Positions 35,830 through 47,734 of a DNA stretch of 64,000 nt are shown here, piece by piece. Source of the DNA: Blastocladiella emersonii ATCC 22665 (taxonomy: Eukaryota > Fungi > Blastocladiomycota). The stretch covers positions 992,001-1,056,000 of the forward strand of contig JANHCV010000003.1 of the NCBI GenBank assembly GCA_025594325.1. Reading direction: 5' to 3'. The notes beneath the pieces are model-generated. The model searched no databases. It saw only the letters and a program-made list of their open reading frames with translations, and was not told the DNA's origin. A program made the translations under genes and the position numbers. Each line of letters begins with the position of its first letter. Position 1 is the stretch's first letter.

Positions 35830-38800
35830 ATGAACTCTGAAGAAGCAATCGACGTGGACATGGGTCCCGCCCCGCCAGCGGCCCCGCCAGAGCAGCCTGC
35901 TCCCGTCACGACCCTTCCGCAGCCGCTGCCCATCCTGCCGCAACCCCCTACGACGGCCGTCCCTCCATTGCCGCCGCCGCAGATCCCGTTCCAGACGCTG
36001 CCCTACGCCCCTCCAGGCTACGGCTATGGCCCTGGCTACGGCTACGGCGGTTACGGCTTCGGCTACGGGTTTCCTGCCCCCGCCCCCGGCCCTGGTCCGC
36101 CGTATCCTGTCCCCGCTCCTGCTCCCGGCCCGCAGTACCCTGTCGCCGCTTCTGGTCCGCCATACTCGGTCGCCGCACCGGGTCCGCCACACCCGGTCGC
36201 GGCTTCTGGTCCGCCGTACCCCGCCGCAGCACCAGCACCCGGCTATCAGTACCCGCCGATCGCTCCGGGCTACCAGTACCCTCCCATCCCTCCCGGCCAG
36301 CAGCACCCGCCCTTCTTTCCCGACCAGCAGCACCCGCCCTTCTTTCCCGACCAGCAGCACTTGGCCTACGCTACCGGGCCGCCGTACCCGGCCTACGCGC
36401 CCGGCCAGCCATATCCCGCCTACGCGCCCGGCTTCCCCATGATTCCCGCCATGGACTACGGGCCGCCGCAGCCGTCGCCGTTCATGAGCTACCCGTTCCC
36501 AATTCCGATTTCCGCGGTGGGAGAAGCCGTGCCGCAGCCGCCGCAGCCGCCGCCCCTGCCCCGGATCGCTCCGCGACCTTCGTCGGCGCCGCCGACGGCA
36601 CCAGGGTCGAATGCTCCTGCGCGCCCGAAACCCGTCGTCGTGCCCCCACGCCCGCCGCCGAAACCCAAAAAGAAGAGCGCCGAGCTCACGGGTAAGGGCA
36701 ACCCGCGCAAGATCAAGCTCCCGCTGCCGTGGACCGACGAGGAGATTGCGCTGCTTGAGCAAGGGATCGTGCGTATCGATCTGCTTCCACGGCTGCAAAT
36801 CTGCCTTGGCTCATTCCGCATGCGTGTAGAATACCTTTGGCTACGGCAAGTGGAGGGACATTGCCGCCACGATTCCGTCGCGCACCCAGCAGCAGGTCAA
36901 GAACCGCGGCCAGCACTTCTGCGCTCCCGCGAAACGCACGCGGAGCTGGAAGACCGCCGCCAAGGGCCCACCAGACGGCGACGCGAACGGCGATTCCCGC
37001 GATGCGGGCGAGATGCCGGCCGAGGACTCGAACCCGCCTTCGATATTGGCTCCCCCTTCGCCGCAACTACCTCTCGATGTACAGCCAGCTGCGGCCGCGT
37101 CGCTTTCGGAGACGCTACCTCTTGCAGAACTGCCTGCGGCCGTGTCGCTCCCGCCGCCGCCGCTGCTACTCGAATCGCTTGCGACTGCAACGCTTCCGCC
37201 GCCGCCGCCGCCACTCGATGTACCACCTGTTGCTGCATCGCTCCCGCCGCCGCCCATATCCCCACTCGCCGTGTTTGATTCACCGCCGAGCGCCCTGTCG
37301 ACCGTCATCGACCCCTTCTCGCTCGACGCGACTCCCGTGGCCACCGGGTCGCACGCTCCCGCGACGCCCGAGGACACGCTGCTCGGGATCCCGTTCCTTT
37401 CGGCACCGTCGCTCCCGTTGCTGCCACTGCCGGTTTCCTTGCCGCTCGCACATCCCTCGATCCGCGTGCCAACACCCTCGCCGCCACGGCCTCCTGTTCC
37501 TCTCCCTCCTCCTCGGCCAGCATCTCCGCCGCCCGCTGTGCTCGCATCGCTCCCTCCGCCACCCATTTCTCCACTCGCCGTACCCGATTCACCGCCGAGC
37601 GCGCTTTCGTCCATCATCGATCCCCTTTCGCTCGACGCGACCACCGCGACCACCGGCTCGCACGCCGCCGCGACGCCCGAGGAGGACGTGCTACCCCCGA
37701 TCCCGTTCCTCGCGGCACCTGCACTTCCGCCGCTGCCTCTACCAACTTCCTTGCCACCGGTCCATGCTGATCCTCGCCCGCTAACTTCGCCACCACGATC
37801 TCGCGCACCAGCTCTGCCGCCGCTCCCGCTTCTCACTGCCTTGCAGCCACTCCCGCTCCCCACTGCCCTGCCGCCACCAGTGCATTCCGTTCCTCGCGCG
37901 CCAATCGCTTCTCCACCACGACCTGCTCCTCGGCCACCATCCCCGCCGCCGCCCGCTGCGCCCGTCGAGCCAGCTCCGCCCGTGAAGCGGAAACCCGGGC
38001 GCCCGAAAGGCTCTAAGACGCGACGGCCTCCACCGCCACCGCTTCCTCAACTACCATCTTTGCCGACGCTCGCCGCGCCTGCCGAACCGGCTGCACCAGT
38101 GGAATCTGCTGCTCCAGTGGAACCAACTGCGCCCGTGAAGCGGAAACCCGGGCGGCCTAAGGGCTCCAAGACGCGACGACCCTGGCTCACCGCGTCCAGC
38201 GAGCCGGTGGTGCCGCGCAAACGCGTCCGGTCGCAGAAGCGCTCGCCGGCCGCGGCCGCGCCACCACCGCCGCCGCTCCCGCGGCCCGACCCGGCCGTTT
38301 TCGCTTCGCCGCGACCACCTCTCCCGCTCCCGCTTCCGCGGCCCAGTCCGTCCGCGTTTGGCGTGCCGAGCGTTGCCTCGCCGCGGCAACCGCCGCTCCC
38401 GCTACCCGCTGCTACCTCGCAACGACCGCCGCCGCCGCTCCCGCTCCCACCCGCTCAGCGAGCGAGCCCGGCCGCCACCGTGGAAGCCGACGACGACGAC
38501 CAGCTGTCGGACCTGTCGTCGCTGTCCGAGCCGACGCGAAAACGGCCGCTCTCGGACGACGGCTGGGCCGACGACAAGGACGGCAAGGCGGGCGACGCCG
38601 ACCACGGCGTGGAGCCGGGGAGCGCGGTGCTCCCGATCGACCCGTCGTCCATCAACGCGACGGAGCGCGCCCTCGTCGAGATCGCCGATGACGCGCGGTA
38701 CATGGCTATCCGCAACGCGATCATGGCGCACGGGGCCGTCAGCGGCGCGACGTTGCCGCATATCGCCGCGCAGCTGTCGCAGGTACGGCTTTGACGCGTG

Positions 38801-40447
38801 GTTTCTCATCAACTCTCACTCACGGACGTTCGATCCGTAGTTCCCGTATCAGGAGGTCGCTGTCACGTACCATTTCCTTGACGCGCACGGCCACATCAAG
38901 AAGGCCGACCGCGGCGCCAAGGAGCTGCGCAGCAACCTGCTCGACCCGTTCGCGCTCGTGCAGCCGCTCGCGGCCGACGAGCCGCCGTACCGCGTCTCCG
39001 TCGAGCCCGTCACCATGGTACGCCTTGCCGGCGGGGCTCTCGCGTGGCAACACCGACATCCAGCTCACTCGTGCACTTGTGTAGGGCCTCATGGACTTCC
39101 ACGCGCACCTCCTGCAGACCGAGGTGATCGGTCTGCTCGGCGGGACCGTGGACGCGGCGGCGCGCACGATCCACATCGAGGCCGTGTTCCCGTGCGACTC
39201 GCACCACCTGACGTCGTCGATCCAGTGCGAGATGGACCCCGTGGCCGAGACCCAGGCGCGCGAGGTGTTTGCGCGGCAGAATCTCGTGGTCGTCGGGTGG
39301 TACCACTCGCACCCGACGTTTGACGCGATCCCGTCGGTCCGCGATATCGAGAACCAGGCCATGTACCAGCGGCTGTTCCGGCGCGAGGACGTGGACGATT
39401 TCGAGCCGTTCCTCGGCGTCATCATCTCGCCGTACCACGCCGACCGCGAGTCGCTCGTGTCCGAGGTCCTCTTCTACTTTATCGGCGACCACTACCGTAC
39501 GTTTGACGCGCGAGTTGGATTCCCCGTGGGGGCAACGCTGACTCTCTCGCTTGATCACAGGCAACCCGTACTCGCTCCACCCCGGCCTCGACCGGATCGC
39601 CGGCACCGCAGCCCGCGTCCCCCGCGTCGACCTGTCCGTGTTCCGCAACCTCCTCGGCCGCTCCGAGTACGCTTTTCCTGGTTTCCACCCGCACCCGTCC
39701 AAAAACTCACCCAGCAGCCCGCACACTCGTAGACTCGACCACCTCAAGAAGTCGTACCGCGGCCTCGCGCGGCTCGAGAAGATCAAGCTGTCGTTCCAGC
39801 ACCACTCGGGGATCGCGGTCGGCGACCTCGTCGACCAGTTTGTGCGGTCCTTTGAAACCGGCTGGCTCGACGGACCGTCCTCGTCCTCCTCCTCATCCGC
39901 AGCCGCGCTGCCCTCCTCTTCGTCCGGCGCAGTCGTGCCACCGCGCGAACCGAGCCCCATGGAGATCCCGGACTCGCCGCCGCGCGAGCCCAGCCCCATG
40001 GACATCCCGCAGTCTCCGCCACCGTCGTCGCTGCCGCGCGAGCCGAGCCCGATGCAGGTGCCGCAGTCGCCCGCCAGCGACGAGCTCAGCGACCTGGACG
40101 ATGACGACGAGGTGCTCGACTTTGGCTTCGAGTCGGACGCGTCCGCGACGACCACGCCGCTACCACAACCGCCGCTGCCGCTCCCGCGGATCCCGGGCAA
40201 GTCGGCCGTCGGCATGAAGACGTCGAGCAGCGCCGGTGCGCGACCACCAGCCCCGCCGCCGCTACCACGGCCAGCAGCTCGACCACTCCCGCGACCAGCA
40301 CCGCCGCTGCCGCGCGCCGAGGCCGCGACGGTGCGCCGGCGATCGCCGACCGTGCCCGCCATAAGCGTGCCCGCGTCGAACCCGGTCAACTACTGGCACC
40401 TGTCGGACGTGGACCGCGACGAGGACGAGGAGATTGCCGACGTGTGA
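35830..40447 (+). CDS. MYSM1: MYSM1-like deubiquitinase (Myb/SANT, AT-hooks, SWIRM, MPN+/JAMM); exons 35830..36768, 36830..38782, 38841..39017, 39085..39496, 39561..39666, 39733..40447
   Basis: Spliced Myb WTDEEIALLEQGINTFGYGKWRDIAATIPSRTQQQVKN; SWIRM YMAIRNAI..YHFLDAHGHI; MPN MDFHAHLLQTEVIGLLGG; intact JAMM VGWYHSHPTFDAIPSVRD. Confidence 0.82.
37230..37755 (+). repeat. Internal duplication (about 75 aa, two copies) in the Pro-rich linker of the MYSM1-like gene
   Basis: ASLPPPPISPLAV(F/P)DSPPSALS(T/S)(V/I)IDP(F/L)SLDAT..TGSHA.ATPE..L..IPFL.AP.LP.LPLP.SLP occurs at about 37235 and about 37545. Confidence 0.85.
37978..38182 (+). repeat. Duplicated AT-hook motif PVKRKPGRPKGSKTRRP
   Basis: Near-identical CCCGTGAAGCGGAAACCCGGGCG.CC.AA.GGCTC.AAGACGCGACG at about 37979 and about 38132. 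Confidence 0.85.
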
Positions 40448-40584
40448 ATCAAGCTCGCGCCGGGCGGAGTGTGTGGGTGTGACGATGGATCGTGGTAAGA
40501 CAGGAAAATGCTATATCGGACATGGACAAACTGGGAGGGGGGAAATGAAGAGGGCAGTAGTTAGATGAGGCGCGACGCGAAAAC

Positions 40585-41288
40585 CTACTGCTTCGCGGCG
40601 GGTGCCGGCGCCGCCGATGGGCTCGCGGCAGCGGGTGCAGACTGGGCCTTGGCAGGCGCGGCCGCGGCGGCGGGCTTGAAGGTGGAGTTGAAGGCCTCGA
40701 GCTGGGCCTTCTCCTCGACCTCGCGGCGCTTCTCGAGCTCCTTGACGGCCTCGTCGTAGGCGATCTGGCGCTCGGTCAGCACGCCCTTGATGCGGGCCAT
40801 GGACTTCTTGACCTGTTTGCGGCGGGGGATGGGGTTCGGTGAGCGGCTGAGACGCGATACGAGCGTGACAGAAGCGGGCACGCACCTTGACGACGCGGTC
40901 CTGGTGGAGAAAGTCGACCTTGAGGCGCTCGGCCTCGCCCTTCTGCGTGGCCAGCATGTTGCGCTCCTTGAGCAGCACATACCACAGCTTGTGCAGGTCC
41001 TCAAAATCCTTTTTGCGCAGGTCGGCGGCGTCCCACGCACGGCCTAGACGCGCGGCGTGGAGGGAGGGGTGGGGGCGATCAGGATCATGGTCGCGAATGG
41101 GCGGGACAATGTAGCTCCCTGCCCACCGGGCAGGTCGATCGCTCCAGTAGACACTCACCAGCAGTAATCTCGGTTGTTGGGATCGACGTCGGGGTCTCGA
41201 AGAACTCGTCGAGGCCGCGGACCCGCTGCGCGGCGAACCGCGACGCCGTGGGCCGCAGGCGGTGGAAGGTGCGCTGGAAGAGCGACAT
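40585..41288 (-). CDS. MRPL4: Mitochondrial ribosomal protein uL29m (MRPL47/MRPL4); exons 41159..41288, 40886..41043, 40585..40812
   Basis: [56 protein letters not shown]. Confidence 0.95.
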
Positions 41289-41868
41289 GGCGGTCGTCGT
41301 AATGCGTTGCAGTAAGTGGTGGTTGCCCGTAGACCCTGATGCCGAGCAGGGTATGGGTCGAATGGGGAGCACAGCGGCTTCAGAAAGCAGCAGCGTTTGG
41401 TCGGCTGGCAGATCGCGCCGTGCCGCCCGCGATGGGCGTGGCAGGCGCCGCTTTGTCTCCCGACCGCCACGCCGCCCTCACGTGCGAGGAGACACTCGCT
41501 GCCTCGCGCCGCGAGACGCGTCCGCGCGTCGCGCACTGTTTGGAGACGCGAGGATCGCTCGCGCGCGCGCCCACTCACACACAAAGGCTGCTGCACGGTC
41601 CGCCTGCCTGCCTGCCCGCGCGGACGCGTCCGGTCCTCCCTCCCACGCACGCCGCGAGCCTTCTCCGCTCTCTCCTCCTCCCACCTCGACCCGCTACACT
41701 TCATAGAACGATAGATAGATTGGAACGACGTAGAACTGGCCCAGACTACCGGCAAGGCCTCCAACGCATCAACCTACACACACGGATACCTCGCACCGCC
41801 ACCGCCCCGCGCGAGTGCTCCACCACACCACCGATACCACCACGCGAGCCGACGCCGAAGCCGCCATC

Positions 41869-44800
41869 ATGGCTACCTCGCCGCGGCCAACATCGCCGCG
41901 CACGACGCCGCCCGGCTCGACGGTCAACGTCTACAGCAATGGGCCGAGTGTGACGGGTACGCGTGCCAGTGCTGCTGTTCGTGGACGCGGTCATCACTCA
42001 CCCCACTCCTTGTGTGTAGGCACCCCTGGCCGCGTTCGCCTCGGCAAAGACATGCCGGACCTGCCAAACTCGACGGACGCGCCGACGCTGCACGCGGCGC
42101 GGTCGACGGACAGCGCCAACGGGCGCAGCTGGATGGACGAGAAGCGCAAGAACATTGCCGCGTACGAGTACCTGTGCCGGATCGGCGAGGCCAAGCAGTG
42201 GATCGAGGCGTGCATCCAGGAGGAGCTGCCGCCCACGACCCAGCTCGACGAGGGCCTGCGCAACGGCGTGGTCCTGGCCAAGCTCGCGCGCGCCTTCGAC
42301 CCGGACCTCGTGCGCCGCATCTTCGAGGACCCGAAGCTCCAATTCCGCCACTCGGACAACATCAACTACTGCTTCCAGTTCATGGCCAAGGTCGGCCTCC
42401 CGACCTGCTTCACCTTCGAGCTCACGGACCTCTACGACCTCAAGAACTTTCCCAAGGTCGTCTACGCCATCCACGCCCTCAGGTACGCGTCCGCACTCGT
42501 TTTTTTGACCGTGACCATGCACTCACCACATCCCCGACCCGTCTAGTCACCTCCTCGCCAAGAAGGGCATTGCGCCCAAGATCAACAATCTCGTCGGCAA
42601 GCTGGACTTCACCGACGCCGAGGTCGACGCGATGCAGGAGAACCTCGACAACTCGGGCATCGCGCTGCCGTCCTTCGGCAACGTGAACAAGACGCTCGAG
42701 AAGGAGATGGCCCCGACCAAGACCCCCGAGGAGCTGCGCGCCGAGTACCTCGCCGAGCACACGCCCGAGATCGTCAAGTGCCAGTCGGCCGCGCGCCGGC
42801 ACCTCGCAGCGCGCCGCGTCGCGGGTCTCCGAGCCGAGCGCGAACGCGTGCGACGCGAGCAGGAACTCGCGCGGCGCCGCGAGGAGGAGCGCGTGGCGCG
42901 GCTGCGGCGCCAGCAGGAGGTCGAGACGCCCGCGGCCGTGTGCATCCAGAGCGTGCTGCGCGGGCACCTCGCGCGCAAGCAGGTGGGCGCGCTGCGCCGC
43001 GAGCTCGTGCGCATCACGCCGGCCATCGTCAAGTTCCAGGCGCACGCGCGCGGGTTCCTCGCCCGCAAGCACGCGCAGTCGCGGCGCAACTTCTACGCCA
43101 AGAACGAGGAGGCGATTGTCGCGATCCAGTCGTGGATGCGGTCCAAGAAGCAGCACTCGGCGTACTCTGCGCTGCTGGCCAACGACAACCCACCGCTGCC
43201 CGTCGTGACCAAGTTCATCCACCTGCTCGACGTCGGCGCGCACGACCTCGAGGACGAGCTCGCCGTCGAGAACATGAAGCAGCACGCCGTCAAGCAGATC
43301 CGCGAGAACGCGGCGCTCGAGCAGCACCTCAACGACCTCGACATCAAGATCGCGCTGCTGGTCAAGAACCGCACCACGCTCGACGAGGTGGTCAAGGTGT
43401 CGTCCAAGAAGCTCAAGAAGACGCTGTCGGACGAGGAGATCAAGAAGGCGGCGCAGGTCTTCAGCCTCAAGTCGCTCGACAAGCAGTCGCGCACCAAGCT
43501 CGAGGCGTACCAGAACATGTTCTACCTGCTCCAGACCCAGCCGCAGTACCTGACCAAGCTGCTGTGGGTGATGCGCAACTGGAGCAGCGAGGTCGTCAAG
43601 CGGCTCGTCGAGACGTGCGTCCTCACGCTCTTCTCGTTTGCGCAGAACGCGCGCGAGGAGTACCTGCTGCTCAAGCTGCTCGACAGCGCCATCGAGATCG
43701 AGGTCGGCGACGTGGTCGAGATGGGCGATTTCGTCAAGGGCAACCCGTCCTTCATCAAGCTCGTGCTGCAGTACGTGCGCGGGGCCAAGGAGCGCCAGTT
43801 CCTCAAGTCGGTGCTGCAGCCCGCCGTTGAGAAGGTGTGCCGGTGCCCGCTCGACCTCGAAACGGACCCGATCCAGGTGTACAAGCAGCTGATCAAGGAG
43901 GAAGAGTCGTCGACGGGCCACAAGAGCGCCAAGCGGTACGAGGTGACGCGCGAGGAGGCGCTCAAGGACAAGGCCACGGTCGAGCGGATCCAGCGCAACT
44001 ACGAGACGCTCGAGACGTTTGTCCAGGACATGCTCGGGTCCATCACCAACTCGCTCGGCCGCATGCCGTACGGCATCCGGTTCATTGCCAAGCAGCTGTA
44101 CGGCGCGCTCGTCGTCAAGTTCCCCAAGGAGAAGCCCGAGAACACGCTGCGCGTCGTCGGCAACCTCATCTACTACCGGTACATGAACCCGGCCATTGTC
44201 GCGCCCGACGCCTTCGACGTGTCGTCGGACCCCATCTCGCCGCTCAACCGCAAGAACCTGTCCGAGGTCAGTAAGATGCTCAACGTGATCGCTACGGGCA
44301 AGCAGGTCGACGGCCACCTCGCCATGGCCAGCAAGTACATTGAGTCGGCGTCGACGGCCTTCCTCAAGTTCCTCCAGCAGGTCATGGCCGTGCCCGCGCC
44401 CGAGACCCACCTCAACGTCGACGGATACTCGGACGCGACCCGCACCACCAAGCCCGTCATCTACATCTCTGCCAACGAGATCTTCTTCATGCACTCGACG
44501 CTGCACCAGCACGCCGACGAGGTGTGTGGCGGCGCCGAGGACCCGATGCGCACCGTGCTCGAGACGCTCGGCACGCCGCCCGGGTACCAGCAGGACAAGA
44601 CGGGCCCCGAGATCTCCCTGTCGCTGACGCCGACGTACGCCGGGTCCGAGAGCGGCGGGGCCGCCGACTACGAGCTCCGCCGCCTGTTCGTGGCGACCAA
44701 GAAGGAGGTGATCCTCGTGATCCGCGCGCAGCCGTACGGCGCCAACCTGCTCGACGTGCTCGAGAGCCACGTCACGGACCGCGACGAGGCGCGGTTCGAC

Positions 44801-46169
44801 ATGCTGCAGGGCGAGGCCGCGCCGCTGTACGCGTCGATGGCCTCGCTCGCGTCGAGCTCGCCGACCATCGCCTCGGCCGGCCGCAACGGGTCGTCGCCGA
44901 CGGTCGCGTCGGAGCCGCCCGCGTCGCTGCTCCAGCTCAAGCGCCACGTGCTCGAGTCCATGGCCAAGCTCGAGTCGGCGGGGCTCGTGACGCGCAAGGA
45001 CAAGTACCAGTCGATGCTGTCGTCGATTGTGCAGGACGTGCGCAACAAGCACAAGCGGCGGCAGCAGGTGCAGCTCGAGAAGGCGGCGCTCGAGGCGACG
45101 CTGACGACGCTCGACGACAAGAACAAGTTCCTTGTCGACCAGGAGAAGAGCTACGCCGACTACATCAACATGTGCATCCAGCAGCTCACGGCGCACCAGG
45201 GCGCCAAGAAGCGCCGCACGCTGCCCTTCTCGCGCCACGCGCGCCACGTCCGCGACCTCGAGAAGCAGAACAAGGCCGTGCCCAAGTTCGGCTCGTACAA
45301 GTACAACGCGCGCGAGCTCATCGACCGCGGCGTCGTCGTGTCCATTGACGTCGACAACTTCCCCGCCAAGCTGTACGACCGCCTCAACATCACGCTCTCG
45401 TCCAACGAGCAGGGCGTCTTCGACATCGAGACCTCGTTCAACGCCATTGGCCTGCCCGTGGCCACGGAACACGACTCGATCAAGCTCGAGGACCTGCTCG
45501 CGCTCCAGTTCGAGAACAAGACCGAGATCCAGATGTTCGAGGGCGCCGTCACGGTCAACGTCAACCTGCTCATCTACTTTATCAACAAGAAGTGCGTACA
45601 CCCTCCCGCTCCGCCCGCTGCTCACGCCGATGGACGCCGTCGCTGGCCGACTGCCACCTCTCGCGGACGTGTCCCTGAGGTCGGTCGGTTCAGCAACGGC
45701 AGAAGTCGTGTGTGTGCAACCGAACAGAGTGTAATGATCAAATAACTCACCAATCCTCGCTTCGTTCCTTCTCTCTCGCACCTCCTCCTCCTCGCCGCCT
45801 ACGCCTCGCCCTCGCCCGCTGTCGCCGCTGGATCCGCCTCCTGCGCCTGCTGCACCTCGACCTCGTCCGCGCTCGGCTCGGCGACCACGATCGGCTCCGC
45901 GTCACCATCAACCTGCTGCTGCGGCACCGCGTCCTCGACCGGCTCGCTGTTCTCGGTCGACTCGGGCTCCTGCGGCGCGCTCTCGGTCACCTCGTCGCCA
46001 CCGCTCGGCTTGGCCTCGGTGCTGTCGCTGCCCGGCTGCTCGGCATCGGCCTCGATCACCGTCACGGGCACGTTCGTCGACTCGGCCTGCGACTGCTGCT
46101 GCTGCTCGCCGGTACCACCCGCCGCCGTCGCCGCACCGGTCGCGCTCGTCGTGTAGGTTCTACGCTTGA
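41869..46169 (+). CDS. IQG1: IQGAP (CH, IQ, RasGAP, RasGAP_C); exons 41869..41956, 42020..42482, 42547..45591 and predicted terminal exon 46157..46169
   Basis: CH domain YEYLCRIGEAKQWIE..LRNGVVLAKL..FRHSDNIN; IQ motifs; GRD YYRYMNPAIVAPD; C-terminal VNVNLLIYFINKK|FYA*. The last exon is inferred. Confidence 0.93.
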
Positions 46170-47381
46170 CGGCGCTCTCGATGATGCCTACAAGTGAAAG
46201 GACGGGATGTGTGAGATGTTGGTCGTGTTTCCATTGTTGCAGTAATTCGCATGGTTTGCTTGACTCGAAGTCTCGCGAGCGAGGAGGTGGCCATGGCCGG
46301 CAGTGCACGAAAAAACGTACTGTTGAGCAGGGCGCGAGCGGTGCCGACGCGCGCGACGCGGGCCTCGACCTGGTTGGTGAGCCACGGGAGGAACATCTGC
46401 TGGATCTCGCGCTCGCGCGAGTTGTAGAAGAAGCTGTCGTCCTGGAGCGCGGCGAGCGTGGCGGGGACGAGGTTCGACAGGTACACGGAGACAAACGACG
46501 CGACCGTGACCTTCTTGGCGGCCTCCTGCTTGTCGAGCAGCAGGCGCGACGCCTCGGCCTTGCGGCGCTCCTTCTCCTCGGTGCGGCGCTTCTCGGCCTG
46601 CTCGAGCCGCTGCACCTCGGCCACCTCGGCCATGCGGCGCGCCGCGTGGTCGCGCTGCCGGCGCCGCAGCGCCGCGAGCTCGGCCTCCTGCAGCACCTCG
46701 GTGCGCGCGTGGTCCAGCGTCTTGCCGACCAGCACCTCGAGCAGCGGCTCGACCTCCGTGTCGAAGTCGAACAGGTCGCCCTCGAGGATCTGCGTCGCCG
46801 CGTCGACCCCCGACTTGGCCGGAATGTACAGCGGCGACGGCGCACGGTCCAGGAACGCGTCCGTCTGCGTCGACACGGTCGCCTCGGGCACCGTGTCGCC
46901 GAGCTCCTCGAGGTACAGCTCCGTCTGCACCTCCATGTGCATGCGGCCCTCGACCGCGTCGGGCGTGCGCGGGCGGCGCGCGGCCTCAGCGCGGCGGGCC
47001 GCCTTGATCTTGCGCCGCTGCTGCTGCTGCCGCTGCAGCTCGAGCGCGTTGGGTTGGGCGTACTAGACGAGGACGGTGATCAGTCGGTCTCTACGCGGCC
47101 ATCATGTTCGCGAAGGCGAGAGAGCGTACCGCGGGCAGGATGGGCGAGGCGTACGTGTTGCCGCGGTAGATGCGGCGGTCGTACATGATGTTGACCGGGC
47201 GGCCGTTCGACGGGCTACGCATGGCCATGGCCACGGACCGAGGTCAGTTCCCGCTCACCCCAAGTCCACAAGGCGGCGCGTACCCAGCGCTCTCGTCGGA
47301 GCGATACATCTTCTTCTGGCGCTGCGCGCTCTCGAGCGCCGGCTTGGGCTCGGACGAGTAGGCGTATTGCGTTTTCATCAT
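45799..47381 (-). CDS. RSP3: Flagellar radial spoke protein 3; last exon 45799..46187, preceded by exon 46321..47064
   Basis: NIMYDRRIYRGNTYA, HMEVQTELYLEEL, QTDAFLDRAPSPLYIPAKSGVDAATQILEGDLFDFDTEVEPLLEVLVGKTL, FLPWL..ALLN|SIIESAVKRR. Confidence 0.95.
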
Positions 47382-47734
47382 CTTGGCGGCGGGTTCCGTG
47401 GTCCGTCGTGTGGGTGAGGGAGGGAAGATGGCCGCCGTCGTCGATGGCGTGGTGTGAGGTCGGGAGTGTTAGTGCGTTACGTTGCAGGATGCGCGGGCTG
47501 CTTCAAGACCTCAGTGTGTCATTCATCCATCGGCTCGCTTACGAGGTGCGTCAGGCATGCGATGAGCGCGATGATATCGACGCGTTTTCGCGGCACACGT
47601 GGCGGGAAACGGAGGCAAAAGTGGGAGACGACGCGTCGGACATGCAAAATTTGCGCGAGTGGCCCCCGTTGCTGAGCCACCGCCACCATCCGTTTATGTA
47701 CAACGCGAACACCACCAACACCTCTGCTAGCCAG

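Noticed and set aside
45592-45745. Track-predicted IQGAP C-terminus CVHPPAPP..VMIK
   Set aside because: It reads through a GTGCGT donor and replaces the conserved KKFY end. A spliced terminal exon fits better.
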